A stretch of DNA of 55,369 bases from Chthoniobacterales bacterium (GCA_038207335.1 JBBQZX010000033.1:1-55369), one strand, 5' to 3'. Positions 20,206-29,515 are shown, counted from the first letter of the stretch. A program made the numbers and translations. Notes: generated from the letters alone by a model not told the origin.

Positions 20206-20789
20206 AGGCTCCTGCTCGTTTTGCGGTCGTTGCGTTGCTTTTGCTCGTCGCCGGAAGCGGAGTCGCGCGTGCGGCGGAAAAAGTCGCGGGCTTCGAGGCG
20301 TTTCGGCTGATGCGGACGCGGAACATGTTCGATCCCAATCGACGTCCCGCGCGTTCCGAGGCTCCGCAGCGATCGGTTGCGCCGGTGCGCGAGAATCGGT
20401 CTAGCACGCTTTCACTCACCGGGACGATGGTAACCGAAGGAAAGTCGCTCGCGTTTTTCTCTGGCAGCCGTGCGGATTACAGCAAGGTGCTCGCGGTCGG
20501 CGACACGATTGCGGGGTGCAAAATCACGGCGATAAAATCGACGGAAATTGAGATGGAGCGCGGCGGAAAGCCGGGGACATTGGCGGTCGGGCAGCAGCTT
20601 CAAATCGACGGCGCGCCATCCGATCTTCCGCCGCCGGAAGCTGCCGCACCGGCGACTGCCAACGCCACTCCCGGCGACCCTTCCCCGCCGACGCCTGCGG
20701 CACCCGGTGCTACTCCCGCCGCTTCCAATGACCCCAGTGATGTCCTCCGCCGCATGATGGAGCGCCGCGAAAAAGAGATGAACAAATGA
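20202..20789 (+). CDS. GspC/PilP-like HR-domain protein
   Basis: RNMFDP, LSLTGTMV...LAFF...VGDTIAGCKITAI resembles an HR domain; Pro-rich tail; directly upstream of the secretin genes. Confidence 0.6.
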   Translation: MKAPARFAVVALLLLVAGSGVARAAEKVAGFEAFRLMRTRNMFDPNRRPARSEAPQRSVAPVRENRSSTLSLTGTMVTEGKSLAFFSGSRADYSKVLAVGDTIAGCKITAIKSTEIEMERGGKPGTLAVGQQLQIDGAPSDLPPPEAAAPATANATPGDPSPPTPAAPGATPAASNDPSDVLRRMMERREKEMNK

Positions 20790-22567
20790 ACGCCACCCTC
20801 CCAAATTCCGTCCTGAAATTCCTGCTCGCTTCGACTCTGATTTTTCCCGGCCTCGCCGAGGCTCAGACGCGCCGCACCAATCGTCCCACTTCAGATTCGT
20901 CGCGGTCGAACAACGCTCCGCCGCCGAGTTCGCCGGCCGTAGCCTTGCCTTCTCCAACCGCTCCCGCCGCGCCGTTCCGCGGACCGGCGCTTTCGGAGCC
21001 AGTGGCGCCATCGGTCGCGCTGCCGGAGGTCGACCCGGTGCTTTTTCAAAAGGAACTGACGCCTTTGAAAACCGAAACGACCACGAAAGAAGTGACCCCG
21101 GAGAAGACAGAAACGGTCACGACGACCACGACGACTCCGCCGACGAAACCCTCGCCGCCGGCTGCGCCGCTTCCGAAAGGGATGATCATGCTGAATTTCC
21201 AAGGCGCGTCGCTGACCGAAGTGTTGAACTATTTGAGCGAGGCGGCGGGCTTCGTGATCGTGCAGGAAACGCCGGTTACCGGCACCGTGAACGTCGTCAG
21301 CCGGCAGCCGATCACCTCGGAGGACGCGGTCGATTTGGTCAACGCGGTGCTCATCGAAAAGGGCTACGTCGCGATTCGCAACGGCCGCATTTTGAAAATC
21401 GTGAAGCGCGAAGGGGCGCAAAAACGCGACCTGCCGGTCCACACGGGCAGCGACCCGGAGCAGATCCCGCGGAAGGACGAAATGGTCACGCAAATCCTGC
21501 CGCTGCGTTTCGGGGAAGCGGCGAAGCTCGTCGAAAACCTGCGCCCGCTGCTCGCTGACAACGCGGCGATCAGCGCGAACGAGAGCAGCAACTCCATCCT
21601 GCTCACCGACACGCAATCGAATATTCGCCGCATCGCAGAAATCATCCGCGCCATCGACACCTCCGTCGCCAGCATCTCCACGCTCCACGTTTACGAGCTG
21701 AAATATGCGAATGCCAAGGCACTCGCCGAGGTGATCACGGAACTCTTCGCAACTTCGACCGCGGGCGGGACCGGCGGCAGCACGCGGAGCGGGCGGAGCG
21801 GGCGGGGCGGTGGCGGTGGCGGAGGATTCTTTCCGGGCTTCGGCGGCCCGGGAGGACCGGGCGGCGGAGATCCGACGGCGGGGCAAAGTGAAGCGCGGCA
21901 GGCCAATTCCCGCGTCATCGCCGTCGCTGACGACCAGAGCAATTCGCTCATCGTCAGCGCGCCGGAGGATGTCATCCCGAACATCACGGAAGTGGTGAAC
22001 AAGATCGACACGAACATCACCGACGTCACCGACACGCGCATTTTCCGGCTGCTCCACGCCGACGCCATCGAGACCGCGACGATCCTCAACACCCTCTACG
22101 GCGACGCCGCTACGCAGACCAGTCAATCGACCGGCCGCAACAACAACCAGCGCGGCCAGAACGGGCGGGGCGGCGGATTCCCCGGCCAACAGCAGCAACA
22201 AGCGGCCACGGCCAACAAGAGCGAGCGCGCTTTGCAGCAGTCGAAAGTCGTCGCGGTCGGTGACGGGCGCACCAATTCCCTCATCGTCACCGCGGGGCAG
22301 GAAACGATGACGCAAATCGCCGAGACCGTCGGCCGGCTCGACTCCAGCGACGCCAAGAAACAGCACGTCTATGTGCATTCGCTCCAGCACGCGGATGCTG
22401 AAAGCGTCGCCGATGTACTCCGCGGCATGCTGGGCCAGCAGACCAATTCCAATTCCAGCCAGAACGGACAGAGCCGACTCAACCAACGGAGCAACAACGG
22501 CGCTGCGATGGATACCTCAGACTCCTCCAGCAATCTCTCCGGCTCCGGCGGAGGGCGAGCGCGCTAG
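20786..22567 (+). CDS. Secretin N-terminal-domain protein (N0 + 3.5 Secretin_N repeats, no barrel)
   Basis: Signal peptide; N0 MLNFQGASL; repeats ILPLRFGEA..SNSILLTD, VYELKYANA..SNSLIVSA, IFRLLHADA..TNSLIVTA, then a half repeat VHSLQHADA..VLRGML; stop TAG. Confidence 0.88.
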   Translation: MNATLPNSVLKFLLASTLIFPGLAEAQTRRTNRPTSDSSRSNNAPPPSSPAVALPSPTAPAAPFRGPALSEPVAPSVALPEVDPVLFQKELTPLKTETTTKEVTPEKTETVTTTTTTPPTKPSPPAAPLPKGMIMLNFQGASLTEVLNYLSEAAGFVIVQETPVTGTVNVVSRQPITSEDAVDLVNAVLIEKGYVAIRNGRILKIVKREGAQKRDLPVHTGSDPEQIPRKDEMVTQILPLRFGEAAKLVENLRPLLADNAAISANESSNSILLTDTQSNIRRIAEIIRAIDTSVASISTLHVYELKYANAKALAEVITELFATSTAGGTGGSTRSGRSGRGGGGGGGFFPGFGGPGGPGGGDPTAGQSEARQANSRVIAVADDQSNSLIVSAPEDVIPNITEVVNKIDTNITDVTDTRIFRLLHADAIETATILNTLYGDAATQTSQSTGRNNNQRGQNGRGGGFPGQQQQQAATANKSERALQQSKVVAVGDGRTNSLIVTAGQETMTQIAETVGRLDSSDAKKQHVYVHSLQHADAESVADVLRGMLGQQTNSNSSQNGQSRLNQRSNNGAAMDTSDSSSNLSGSGGGRAR

Positions 22568-22580
22568 CCGACTTTTTTTC

Positions 22581-23984
22581 ATGAATACGCCTCTTCCGTC
22601 CCTCGCGCTGTTCCTCCTCGCCAGCGTCATTTTCACCGCGCCGCTCCAGGCCCAGCAAACCGCCCGCCCCGGCGGCAACGCCCGCGGCACCACCGGCACG
22701 ACTTCGCGCAGCGGCGGGGTGTCCAGCAGTTCGAGCAACCGCACCACCAGCACCGGCTCGCGGCAATACCGCAGCAACACCGAAATTGGCGACGCCGTCA
22801 TCACCATCGACCCCGAGACCCGCTCGCTCATCATCGTTACCGACGAAGACACGCATCGCGAGATGACCGGCGTCATCAAATCCCTCGACCAGCCCAAGCC
22901 GCAGGTGCTCATCAAGGTCGTCTTCCTCGAAGTGACCTACAATAAGGGTCTCGATGTCGGCCTCGAAGGCAGCTACACCTTCAACCTAAAGAACCCCGTC
23001 TCGGCGACCACGGGCACCAGCACGACCACGACGGCTACCTCCGGCACGATCTCGGGCGGCACGACGAACACCAACACCAGCCTCGTCTCCCCTCTCGGCA
23101 GCGCCGCCCGCGCCGCTCAGACGGCCATCGCTTCGAGTGCCTTCGGCGCGCCTTTGACGGGCAGCTTCGTCCGCCTCGCCAGCGATGACTGGTCCGCCAC
23201 GCTCCACGCCCTTGCCAGCAAGGGCAGAGTCGAAATCCTCTCGCGGCCCTCCGTCATGGCGCGGAACAACCAAGAAGCCGTCATCGTCGTCGGCTCCGAG
23301 GTCCCGTTTATCACCTCCAGCAGCCTCACTTCCACCGGCCAGACGAACAACACGATCCAATACGACAACGTCGGCATCATCCTCCGCGTCACCCCCTTCA
23401 TCACCTCCGAGGGGACCGTCGAAATGATCGTCGCCCCCGAGATTTCCGCACTCACCGATCAGACCGTACCGATCGGCAACAACACCTTCGCCCCCGTCAT
23501 CTCCAAACGCTCCGCCGAAACCGTCGTCGTCACCCCGCACGCCCAGACCGTCGTCATCGGCGGCCTCATGCAAACGCAGAAGACCTCCAACGTTCAAAAA
23601 ATCCCGCTCCTCGGCGACATCCCGTTTCTCGGTGCCGCATTCCGCCGCACCATCGCCAGCGACACCAAAACCGAGCTGCTGATATTCCTGACCCCCTACA
23701 TCCTGAACAATGCGGAAGGCCTCGCCGCCGCCACCTCAGACGAGATGGGCCGCACCGAGCTCGTCGATCGCTCCTTCGCCCCTCACGAGCTCGAAAAATA
23801 CCTCGACAGCCTCCCTGAGCCCAAGCTCGACCTCGAACACCCGCGCGTGCCCGGCACCTTCTCGAAGGCGGAGAAAGTCACCAAAACCACGACCACCACG
23901 ACCATCCGCAAAGCAACCCTCCCCACCGCCCCTTCCCCCCTTAAGACCAAGCCCGCGACCCTCGTGCGCCCGAGCAATCACTGA
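22581..23984 (+). CDS. gspD: Secretin C-terminal (barrel) protein, GspD family
   Basis: Own signal peptide MNTPLPSLALFLLASVIFTAPLQA; IDPETRSLII, PQVLIKVVFLEV, ILSRPSV..NNQEA, VGIILRVTP, KIPLLGDIPFLG, TELLIFLTP. Confidence 0.9.
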   Translation: MNTPLPSLALFLLASVIFTAPLQAQQTARPGGNARGTTGTTSRSGGVSSSSSNRTTSTGSRQYRSNTEIGDAVITIDPETRSLIIVTDEDTHREMTGVIKSLDQPKPQVLIKVVFLEVTYNKGLDVGLEGSYTFNLKNPVSATTGTSTTTTATSGTISGGTTNTNTSLVSPLGSAARAAQTAIASSAFGAPLTGSFVRLASDDWSATLHALASKGRVEILSRPSVMARNNQEAVIVVGSEVPFITSSSLTSTGQTNNTIQYDNVGIILRVTPFITSEGTVEMIVAPEISALTDQTVPIGNNTFAPVISKRSAETVVVTPHAQTVVIGGLMQTQKTSNVQKIPLLGDIPFLGAAFRRTIASDTKTELLIFLTPYILNNAEGLAAATSDEMGRTELVDRSFAPHELEKYLDSLPEPKLDLEHPRVPGTFSKAEKVTKTTTTTTIRKATLPTAPSPLKTKPATLVRPSNH

Positions 23985-24079
23985 CCGGCACGATCCCGGT
24001 TTGGTCATGTTGGGAAAGTGGGGAGTCGGGGCACGGAGAGCCTCGCGTGGAACTTGTCCTCGTTTTGAGGCGCTTGAAT

Positions 24080-24289
24080 CCGGGGGTAGGGCGGATCGAA
24101 ATCCGCCGTGCGCCGAGCGCAACACCTTCATCGTGCAATCCCCTTTGCTCGAATCCGCCCAGGCCGAGATCCTGGCTCAGTGGATTATCGAATACCACCG
24201 CTTGGATCGTTCGCCCCCCACACAATCTCCTCCCCAGTGGCGGCGAGAACCTCAGCGAGCGCGGCGGCCTTTTCATCGATCAGCGACAT
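24080..24289 (-). pseudogene. Frameshifted remnant resembling a phage head-tail joining protein
   Basis: Joining three frames at two G-runs gives MSLIDEKAAALAEVLAATGEEIVWG/RTIQAVVFDNPLSQDLGLGGFEQR/DCTMKVLRSAHGGFRSALP. Family resemblance is from memory only. Confidence 0.4.
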
Positions 24290-24375
24290 GCCGAGGTCGA
24301 CCCGTCAACAAAGGCGCCCGTCCTAAATGAGCTGCAAACCATTCACCGGTTTCGCTTAATTGTAGGCAGAACTAA

Positions 24376-25119
24376 ATGACTCCTTCCGTTCCAAACGAGG
24401 GCGGCTCACCGCTTTTCCTGACCACGCGCTGGTCGGTCGTCGTGTCGGCGCAAGGCAAAGGCTCGGGCGATGCGAATGCTGCGCTGGAGGCACTCTGCAG
24501 CGGGTATTGGTATCCGCTCTACGCCTATGTGCGAAGGCTCGGCCGCAGCGCGCACGATGCACAGGATCTGACGCAGGATTTCTTCGCGCGGTTGCTCGAA
24601 AAGAACTATCTGCGCGCAGCGGATCGCGAAAAAGGACGCTTCCGCACGTTTCTCCTCGTGGCGCTGAAACGCTTTCTGGCCAACGAGTGGGACCGCGCCA
24701 AAGCGCAGAAGCGCGGCGGCGGAAGCGTGGCCGTGCCCTTCGATACAGACTTCGCGGAAAGCCGTTATGCGGCGGAACCGACGGCAACGCAGGCGGCGGA
24801 CCGCGAATACGAACATCGCTGGGCGATGACGCTTCTGGAGCAGGCGATGGCGCACTTGCGCGCGGAATATGAGCGCGCTGGGCGGGCGGCGGAGTTTGAG
24901 CAATTGAAGGAGCATCTCACTGCCGAGCGTGGGGCGATCCCGTATGCGGCGATTGCGGCGACGCTGGGGGTCGGCGAGAGCGGAGCACGGGGCGCGGTGC
25001 ATCGGCTGCGCAAGCGCTTTCGCGATCTATTTCGCGCGCAAATCGCCGACACGGTTTCAGATCCGACCGCAGTGGATGACGAGGTGCGGCATGTAGTCGC
25101 GGCGTTGAGTGGGGAGTGA
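24376..25119 (+). CDS. ECF-type sigma-70 factor, Ser/Thr-kinase-associated
   Basis: FLTTRWSVV, YWYPLYAYVRR, DAQDLTQDFF, GRFRTFL, region 4 YAAIAATLG..AVHRLRKR. Confidence 0.92.
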   Translation: MTPSVPNEGGSPLFLTTRWSVVVSAQGKGSGDANAALEALCSGYWYPLYAYVRRLGRSAHDAQDLTQDFFARLLEKNYLRAADREKGRFRTFLLVALKRFLANEWDRAKAQKRGGGSVAVPFDTDFAESRYAAEPTATQAADREYEHRWAMTLLEQAMAHLRAEYERAGRAAEFEQLKEHLTAERGAIPYAAIAATLGVGESGARGAVHRLRKRFRDLFRAQIADTVSDPTAVDDEVRHVVAALSGE

Positions 25120-25153
25120 AAAACAAGTCGCCCCGAATGCTTAACTCATTGGT

Positions 25154-28100
25154 ATGAACCAACCCGGCTCTCCAGCAAAAGTCTGCGGACGCTGTGGCTC
25201 GACGCTGCCGACGAACGCACCGGAGGGTCTGTGTCCGCGGTGCCTCGGCGCGCTGAACCTGGCCGATGAGACAGTCTTCACAGAAACCGACGCGCCCCGG
25301 ATTCCCCCTCCCTCGCCGGAGCAAATCGCCACGCACTTTCCGCAACTCGAAATCATCGAGTGCCTGGGTCGCGGAGGGATGGGCGTCGTTTACAAAGCGC
25401 GGCAGAAATCGCTGGGCCGGCTGGTCGCGTTGAAGCTGCTCGCGCCGGAGCGGGAAAAGGATCCGCAGTTCGCCGAACGGTTTTCCCGCGAGGCGCAGGC
25501 GCTCGCGCAACTCGATCATCCGCATATCGTCACCATTTACGATTTCGGGCAGACGAACGGCTTTTTCTATCTCCTCATGGAGTTTGTCGATGGAGTGAAT
25601 CTGCGCCAGCTCCTGCGTTCGCGGAAACTTACACCGGAAGAGGCGCTGGCGATCGTGCCGCCGCTTTGCGAGGCGCTGCAATTCGCGCACGAGCGCGGCA
25701 TCGTGCATCGCGACATCAAGCCCGAGAACCTGCTCCTGACCAAAGACGGTCGCGTTAAGATCGCGGATTTTGGCATCGCGAAGATGCTCGGAGACGAGAC
25801 GCAAGTCGCCGAAGAAAAGGCCGCGGGCACGCCCGGATACATGGCTCCCGAGCAGATGGAAATGCCGCCGCGTGTCGATAGCCGCGCGGACATCTATTCA
25901 CTCGGCGTGGTCTTTTACGAGATGCTTACCGGGGAATTGCCGAAACAGAAATTCGCAGCGCCCTCTCGGAGAATCGCGGTGGATGTGCGGATCGATGAGG
26001 TGGTGTTGCGCGCCTTGGAAAAGTCACCCGAACTGCGCTGGCAGACGGCTGCCGAAATGCGAACGCAAGTGGAAGCCATCGCCGCGGCAGGCACCACCGG
26101 GACAGCAAAAGAGTGGCATCCGAAGCGGCAGTGGCTGTTCTGGCTTCTCGCAGTGCCCGGCACGGTCGCGCTGCTCATTTTCAACAGCTTCCTCCTCTAC
26201 TTCTATGTGCCGTCCACGAACTGGTCGCACACCTATGGCTACGCATCGAACGTTGGGCAGCTTTTGATGACAGTGAACGCGCTGCTTCTGTGTGTCGCAC
26301 TCGACGTTGGTGTGCTGCGATCCCTATGGGTGTGGGCGCACGCCGCACCGGCGCAACCCGCGCGCCTCTGGCACCACACCCGCCTCTGGTGGGCGTTCGC
26401 GCTGATTTGCGCTCTCTTCCCCTGGCTGCTATTTCCACACGCGCCTCGCATCGAGTCGCCCGCACAACGCACGGAGGTTGGACTGCAAGATTTGTCGAGC
26501 GACGCACAGATCCGGATCGCCAAAGCGACTGAGGCACTACGAGGAATCGCTGACATTCAGAAACGTGGGCGCGTCAGCGCGGCGGATTGGACCATCGCTC
26601 AGGAGGCAGCAAAAACGATCCAGGAGCTTCAGCCCGCGAACGACACTGCCAAACGCGAATGGGAGATTCATCGTGCCGATGGTAAAGTGGAACTGCTTCA
26701 CAAAAACATCGAGGGAAAGGTAATGGATCGAGACATCGTAATGGCGCCCACCGCGACGCAATCGACGAACGAGCGAAACGCAGAACCGCCCGCGACCGCT
26801 GCCAACAAACTCTCCGCCACCGCGTTGAAATTCCGGGTGGATGAAGCGGAGATTCGTCTAGCCGCGGCGGACAAGACGGCAAAGCGTCAAGCGGAGTTGC
26901 TGAACCAGGGCCAGATCAGCAACGAAGAATACGATAAGACCGCGTTGGATCTCGAGCTTGCAAAGATCGCTTTGCGGGCGGCGCAAGCGGAGTGGCGGGA
27001 GGCGCAACAAGCACCGGAAACGCCAGCGACCAAGTCGAGTCTGCCCCCGACCCTCTCGGTCATCACGGATGGCAACGTGATGCATCCCGATTTGCCAGTC
27101 ACGAGCGGCGAGACAGCCCTGCGCAAACGGGATGACGCTCGGAAAAGCTTAAAGGAATCAGAGCAAACATTACGACTGCTCCAGCAGCGATTGATCGAAG
27201 GCACCATCAGCCCGGAAGATTACCGCAACGCGGAGCGCAGCGTCCAAGCGCTGCGCGATACCGTCCAGGCACTGGAGGAGAATCCGAACACTGTGACGCT
27301 TCCGTCTGGCACGGCAGGCCCGTATCCCCCGCTAGTCCCGGGCGAGCCGCGAGTGGAAACATCGCCCGACGAAAATCAGCCTGCCAAGACAGCGCCAGCA
27401 TCTGTCGCTGCGAATACGGGAGGCATAGGCGTTGCACTGAAGGAGGAAAGCGGAAGCTTCACCATCGGAAGCATCCTTCCCGACTCTCCCGCCGCAAAGG
27501 ACGGCGCGCTCAAGCCCGGTCACGAAATTCGCAGCATCGGAGACAGCGGAGATCACCTCGTGAGCATTGCCGGTTGGAAGCTGCCGGATGTTGTCGCACG
27601 GCTGCGTGGGAAGGAAGGAACGCAAGTCAGTCTCTTTGTCGTTAAGGACGGCGTCGGAACTATCGTGACACTCATCCGCCGACATTTGCCGGAGTTGGAG
27701 GCAGGACGTGAGCATCCGAAAACCGAAGCCGAGCTCTCCAATGCGCAATTCAATCAGACGCCGCGCCAAGGCGGGCTGGGCTTGCGGCCCGTGTGGCGCT
27801 TCAGCCGCGTCGTGAATGCTTTCGCTGACGACGACGAGACGGCGACCTCACCGGCGACTTGGATTCCAAGCAATCCGCCGCTGCTTCTCGTCCGGCGCAA
27901 GAACGACATTGCGGCATTCAGCACCGCAGAAGATCGAACCGAGGCAGGATGGTCCTTTGGTCTCGAAGGAGAGCGTTCCAGCCCCCCGGCTTGGGATGCA
28001 AAGCGGCGACAGATTTACTTCGGAAACGGAACTCAGATGATCGCACTGGACGAACGCGGTCATGTCGTCTGGAACTGCGAGACGAATGGGAAGATTCTGG

Positions 28101-28840
28101 CACGCCCCGTCGAAATCGGGGGACTCGTGATATTTGGCAACGAAGACCAGGCGATCTATGCGCTCGATGCGCAAACGGGCGGCGCGACGTGGAAGTTCGC
28201 CACGGGTGCCGCCGTGGCTTCGACCCCAGCGGTGGGATTGAACTTTCTGGTCATCGGTGCAGACGATGGAGTCGTTCGTGCCCTCGATCCCAGAACGGCT
28301 GAAGAACTCTGGCGCTACAAAGCAGGTGCGGCGATTAGGGCACCGCTGGTGATGGGAGAGAACGCCGTCTATGGGGCCACGCGCGCGGGCGATGTCGTGG
28401 CGCTCGAAGCGAAGACCGGCAAGCTGCTTTGGACTGCACGCCTCGGTGGGCCGATCGAAACGGCGTTGGCAGTCGGAGCCGACCGGCTTTTCGTCGTCGA
28501 AGGCGGGCGCGTCAGCGCGCTCGCTTTGAACAACGGCACCCAGTATTGGCAAACGCCTCCCAGCGAGTATATCGGCGCACCCATGATCGCCGACGACACA
28601 CTGATCGTCGCCTGCCGGCTGGGAAACGTAAGGAGGCTCGATTTCACCAGCGGCAGAATTGTAGTTGAATGGAAAGCCCCCGGCGCCCAACGCAAGGATG
28701 CACCGACCTTTGTTTCCGGACCGACGGCCGGCGAAGGAGCGCTTTGGCTGACCGACACGCGTGGTGCCGTCTGGCGATTGGGCCCTGAAATGCCGACGTT
28801 GCAAAGAACCGACGCACCGCCAACGATATTGAATCGGTGA
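25154..28840 (+). CDS. Membrane Ser/Thr protein kinase with coiled-coil, PDZ and PQQ-type beta-propeller regions
   Basis: N-terminal CxxC..CxxC; GRGGMGVVY, VALK, HRDIKPEN, DFG, GTPGYMAPE; 3 hydrophobic segments; PDZ GGIGVAL..SPAAKDG..LRGKEGT; repeated ALDA.TG...W blades. Confidence 0.9.
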   Translation: MNQPGSPAKVCGRCGSTLPTNAPEGLCPRCLGALNLADETVFTETDAPRIPPPSPEQIATHFPQLEIIECLGRGGMGVVYKARQKSLGRLVALKLLAPEREKDPQFAERFSREAQALAQLDHPHIVTIYDFGQTNGFFYLLMEFVDGVNLRQLLRSRKLTPEEALAIVPPLCEALQFAHERGIVHRDIKPENLLLTKDGRVKIADFGIAKMLGDETQVAEEKAAGTPGYMAPEQMEMPPRVDSRADIYSLGVVFYEMLTGELPKQKFAAPSRRIAVDVRIDEVVLRALEKSPELRWQTAAEMRTQVEAIAAAGTTGTAKEWHPKRQWLFWLLAVPGTVALLIFNSFLLYFYVPSTNWSHTYGYASNVGQLLMTVNALLLCVALDVGVLRSLWVWAHAAPAQPARLWHHTRLWWAFALICALFPWLLFPHAPRIESPAQRTEVGLQDLSSDAQIRIAKATEALRGIADIQKRGRVSAADWTIAQEAAKTIQELQPANDTAKREWEIHRADGKVELLHKNIEGKVMDRDIVMAPTATQSTNERNAEPPATAANKLSATALKFRVDEAEIRLAAADKTAKRQAELLNQGQISNEEYDKTALDLELAKIALRAAQAEWREAQQAPETPATKSSLPPTLSVITDGNVMHPDLPVTSGETALRKRDDARKSLKESEQTLRLLQQRLIEGTISPEDYRNAERSVQALRDTVQALEENPNTVTLPSGTAGPYPPLVPGEPRVETSPDENQPAKTAPASVAANTGGIGVALKEESGSFTIGSILPDSPAAKDGALKPGHEIRSIGDSGDHLVSIAGWKLPDVVARLRGKEGTQVSLFVVKDGVGTIVTLIRRHLPELEAGREHPKTEAELSNAQFNQTPRQGGLGLRPVWRFSRVVNAFADDDETATSPATWIPSNPPLLLVRRKNDIAAFSTAEDRTEAGWSFGLEGERSSPPAWDAKRRQIYFGNGTQMIALDERGHVVWNCETNGKILARPVEIGGLVIFGNEDQAIYALDAQTGGATWKFATGAAVASTPAVGLNFLVIGADDGVVRALDPRTAEELWRYKAGAAIRAPLVMGENAVYGATRAGDVVALEAKTGKLLWTARLGGPIETALAVGADRLFVVEGGRVSALALNNGTQYWQTPPSEYIGAPMIADDTLIVACRLGNVRRLDFTSGRIVVEWKAPGAQRKDAPTFVSGPTAGEGALWLTDTRGAVWRLGPEMPTLQRTDAPPTILNR

Positions 28841-28871
28841 GCGGGGAACTAACCACATCGTGGCGCTGCCT

Positions 28872-29069
28872 ATGGAACAAAACGAAAAAGAGAAGAACGG
28901 GGACTCTTCAAGGAATCGGATTACTTGGGCGTTCCCGTTGGGCATGGCCGTGGGAATTGGCTTTGGAATAGCATTGAGCGTGGCAATGCCGTTGCCCATC
29001 GGCATGGGGATTGGAGTGGCTCTCGGAGCCGGATTCACCATCGTCTTTCGGGCGATCAACAGAGCGTGA
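28872..29069 (+). CDS. Small Gly-rich membrane protein
   Basis: 65 aa with two GxxxG-rich hydrophobic helices. Confidence 0.6.
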   Translation: MEQNEKEKNGDSSRNRITWAFPLGMAVGIGFGIALSVAMPLPIGMGIGVALGAGFTIVFRAINRA

Positions 29070-29515
29070 CGCCTCGCCATGCGGCCAGCCTCTTGAAACA
29101 ATCCATTGGGTTAATCTCCCTCGTCGTGCGCGACTACGACGAAGCTTTGGCGTTTTTCGTCGGAAAGTTGGGCTTTGTCCTGGTTGAGGATTCTGCTGTT
29201 CCCGCACAAGGCAAGCGCTGGGTTGTTGTCGCACCTCCCGGTGCGAGCGGGCCTGGCCTGCTACTCGCCAGAGCTTCAACGCCGGAGCAGGAGGCCCGCG
29301 TCGGCCTCCAAACTGGCGGTCGCGTCTTCTTATTTCTCTACACCGACAACTTCTGGAGGGACTTCGAACGCTACAAAGCCAGCGGGATTGAATTCGTCCG
29401 TGAGCCAAAGCGTGAGTCCTACGGGACGGTCGCAGTGTTCAAAGATCTGTATGGCAACTTATGGGATCTTCTCGAACCGAGCCCGCCTGACGCGGCATCT
29501 CCACGAGGAAGCTGA
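29066..29515 (+). CDS. VOC/glyoxalase family protein
   Basis: ISLVVRDYDEALAFF..KLGF, KRWVVV, QTGGRVFLFL, YGTVAVFKDLYGNLWDL. Start is GTG 29066 or TTG 29093. Confidence 0.9.
   Translation: MTPRHAASLLKQSIGLISLVVRDYDEALAFFVGKLGFVLVEDSAVPAQGKRWVVVAPPGASGPGLLLARASTPEQEARVGLQTGGRVFLFLYTDNFWRDFERYKASGIEFVREPKRESYGTVAVFKDLYGNLWDLLEPSPPDAASPRGS

Noticed and set aside
22371..22580. Programmed frameshift or TAG read-through fusing the two secretin genes
   Set aside because: Read-through of TAG 22565 is out of frame with gene 2, the T7 run lies after the stop, and gene 2 has its own signal peptide. Not fully excluded without reads
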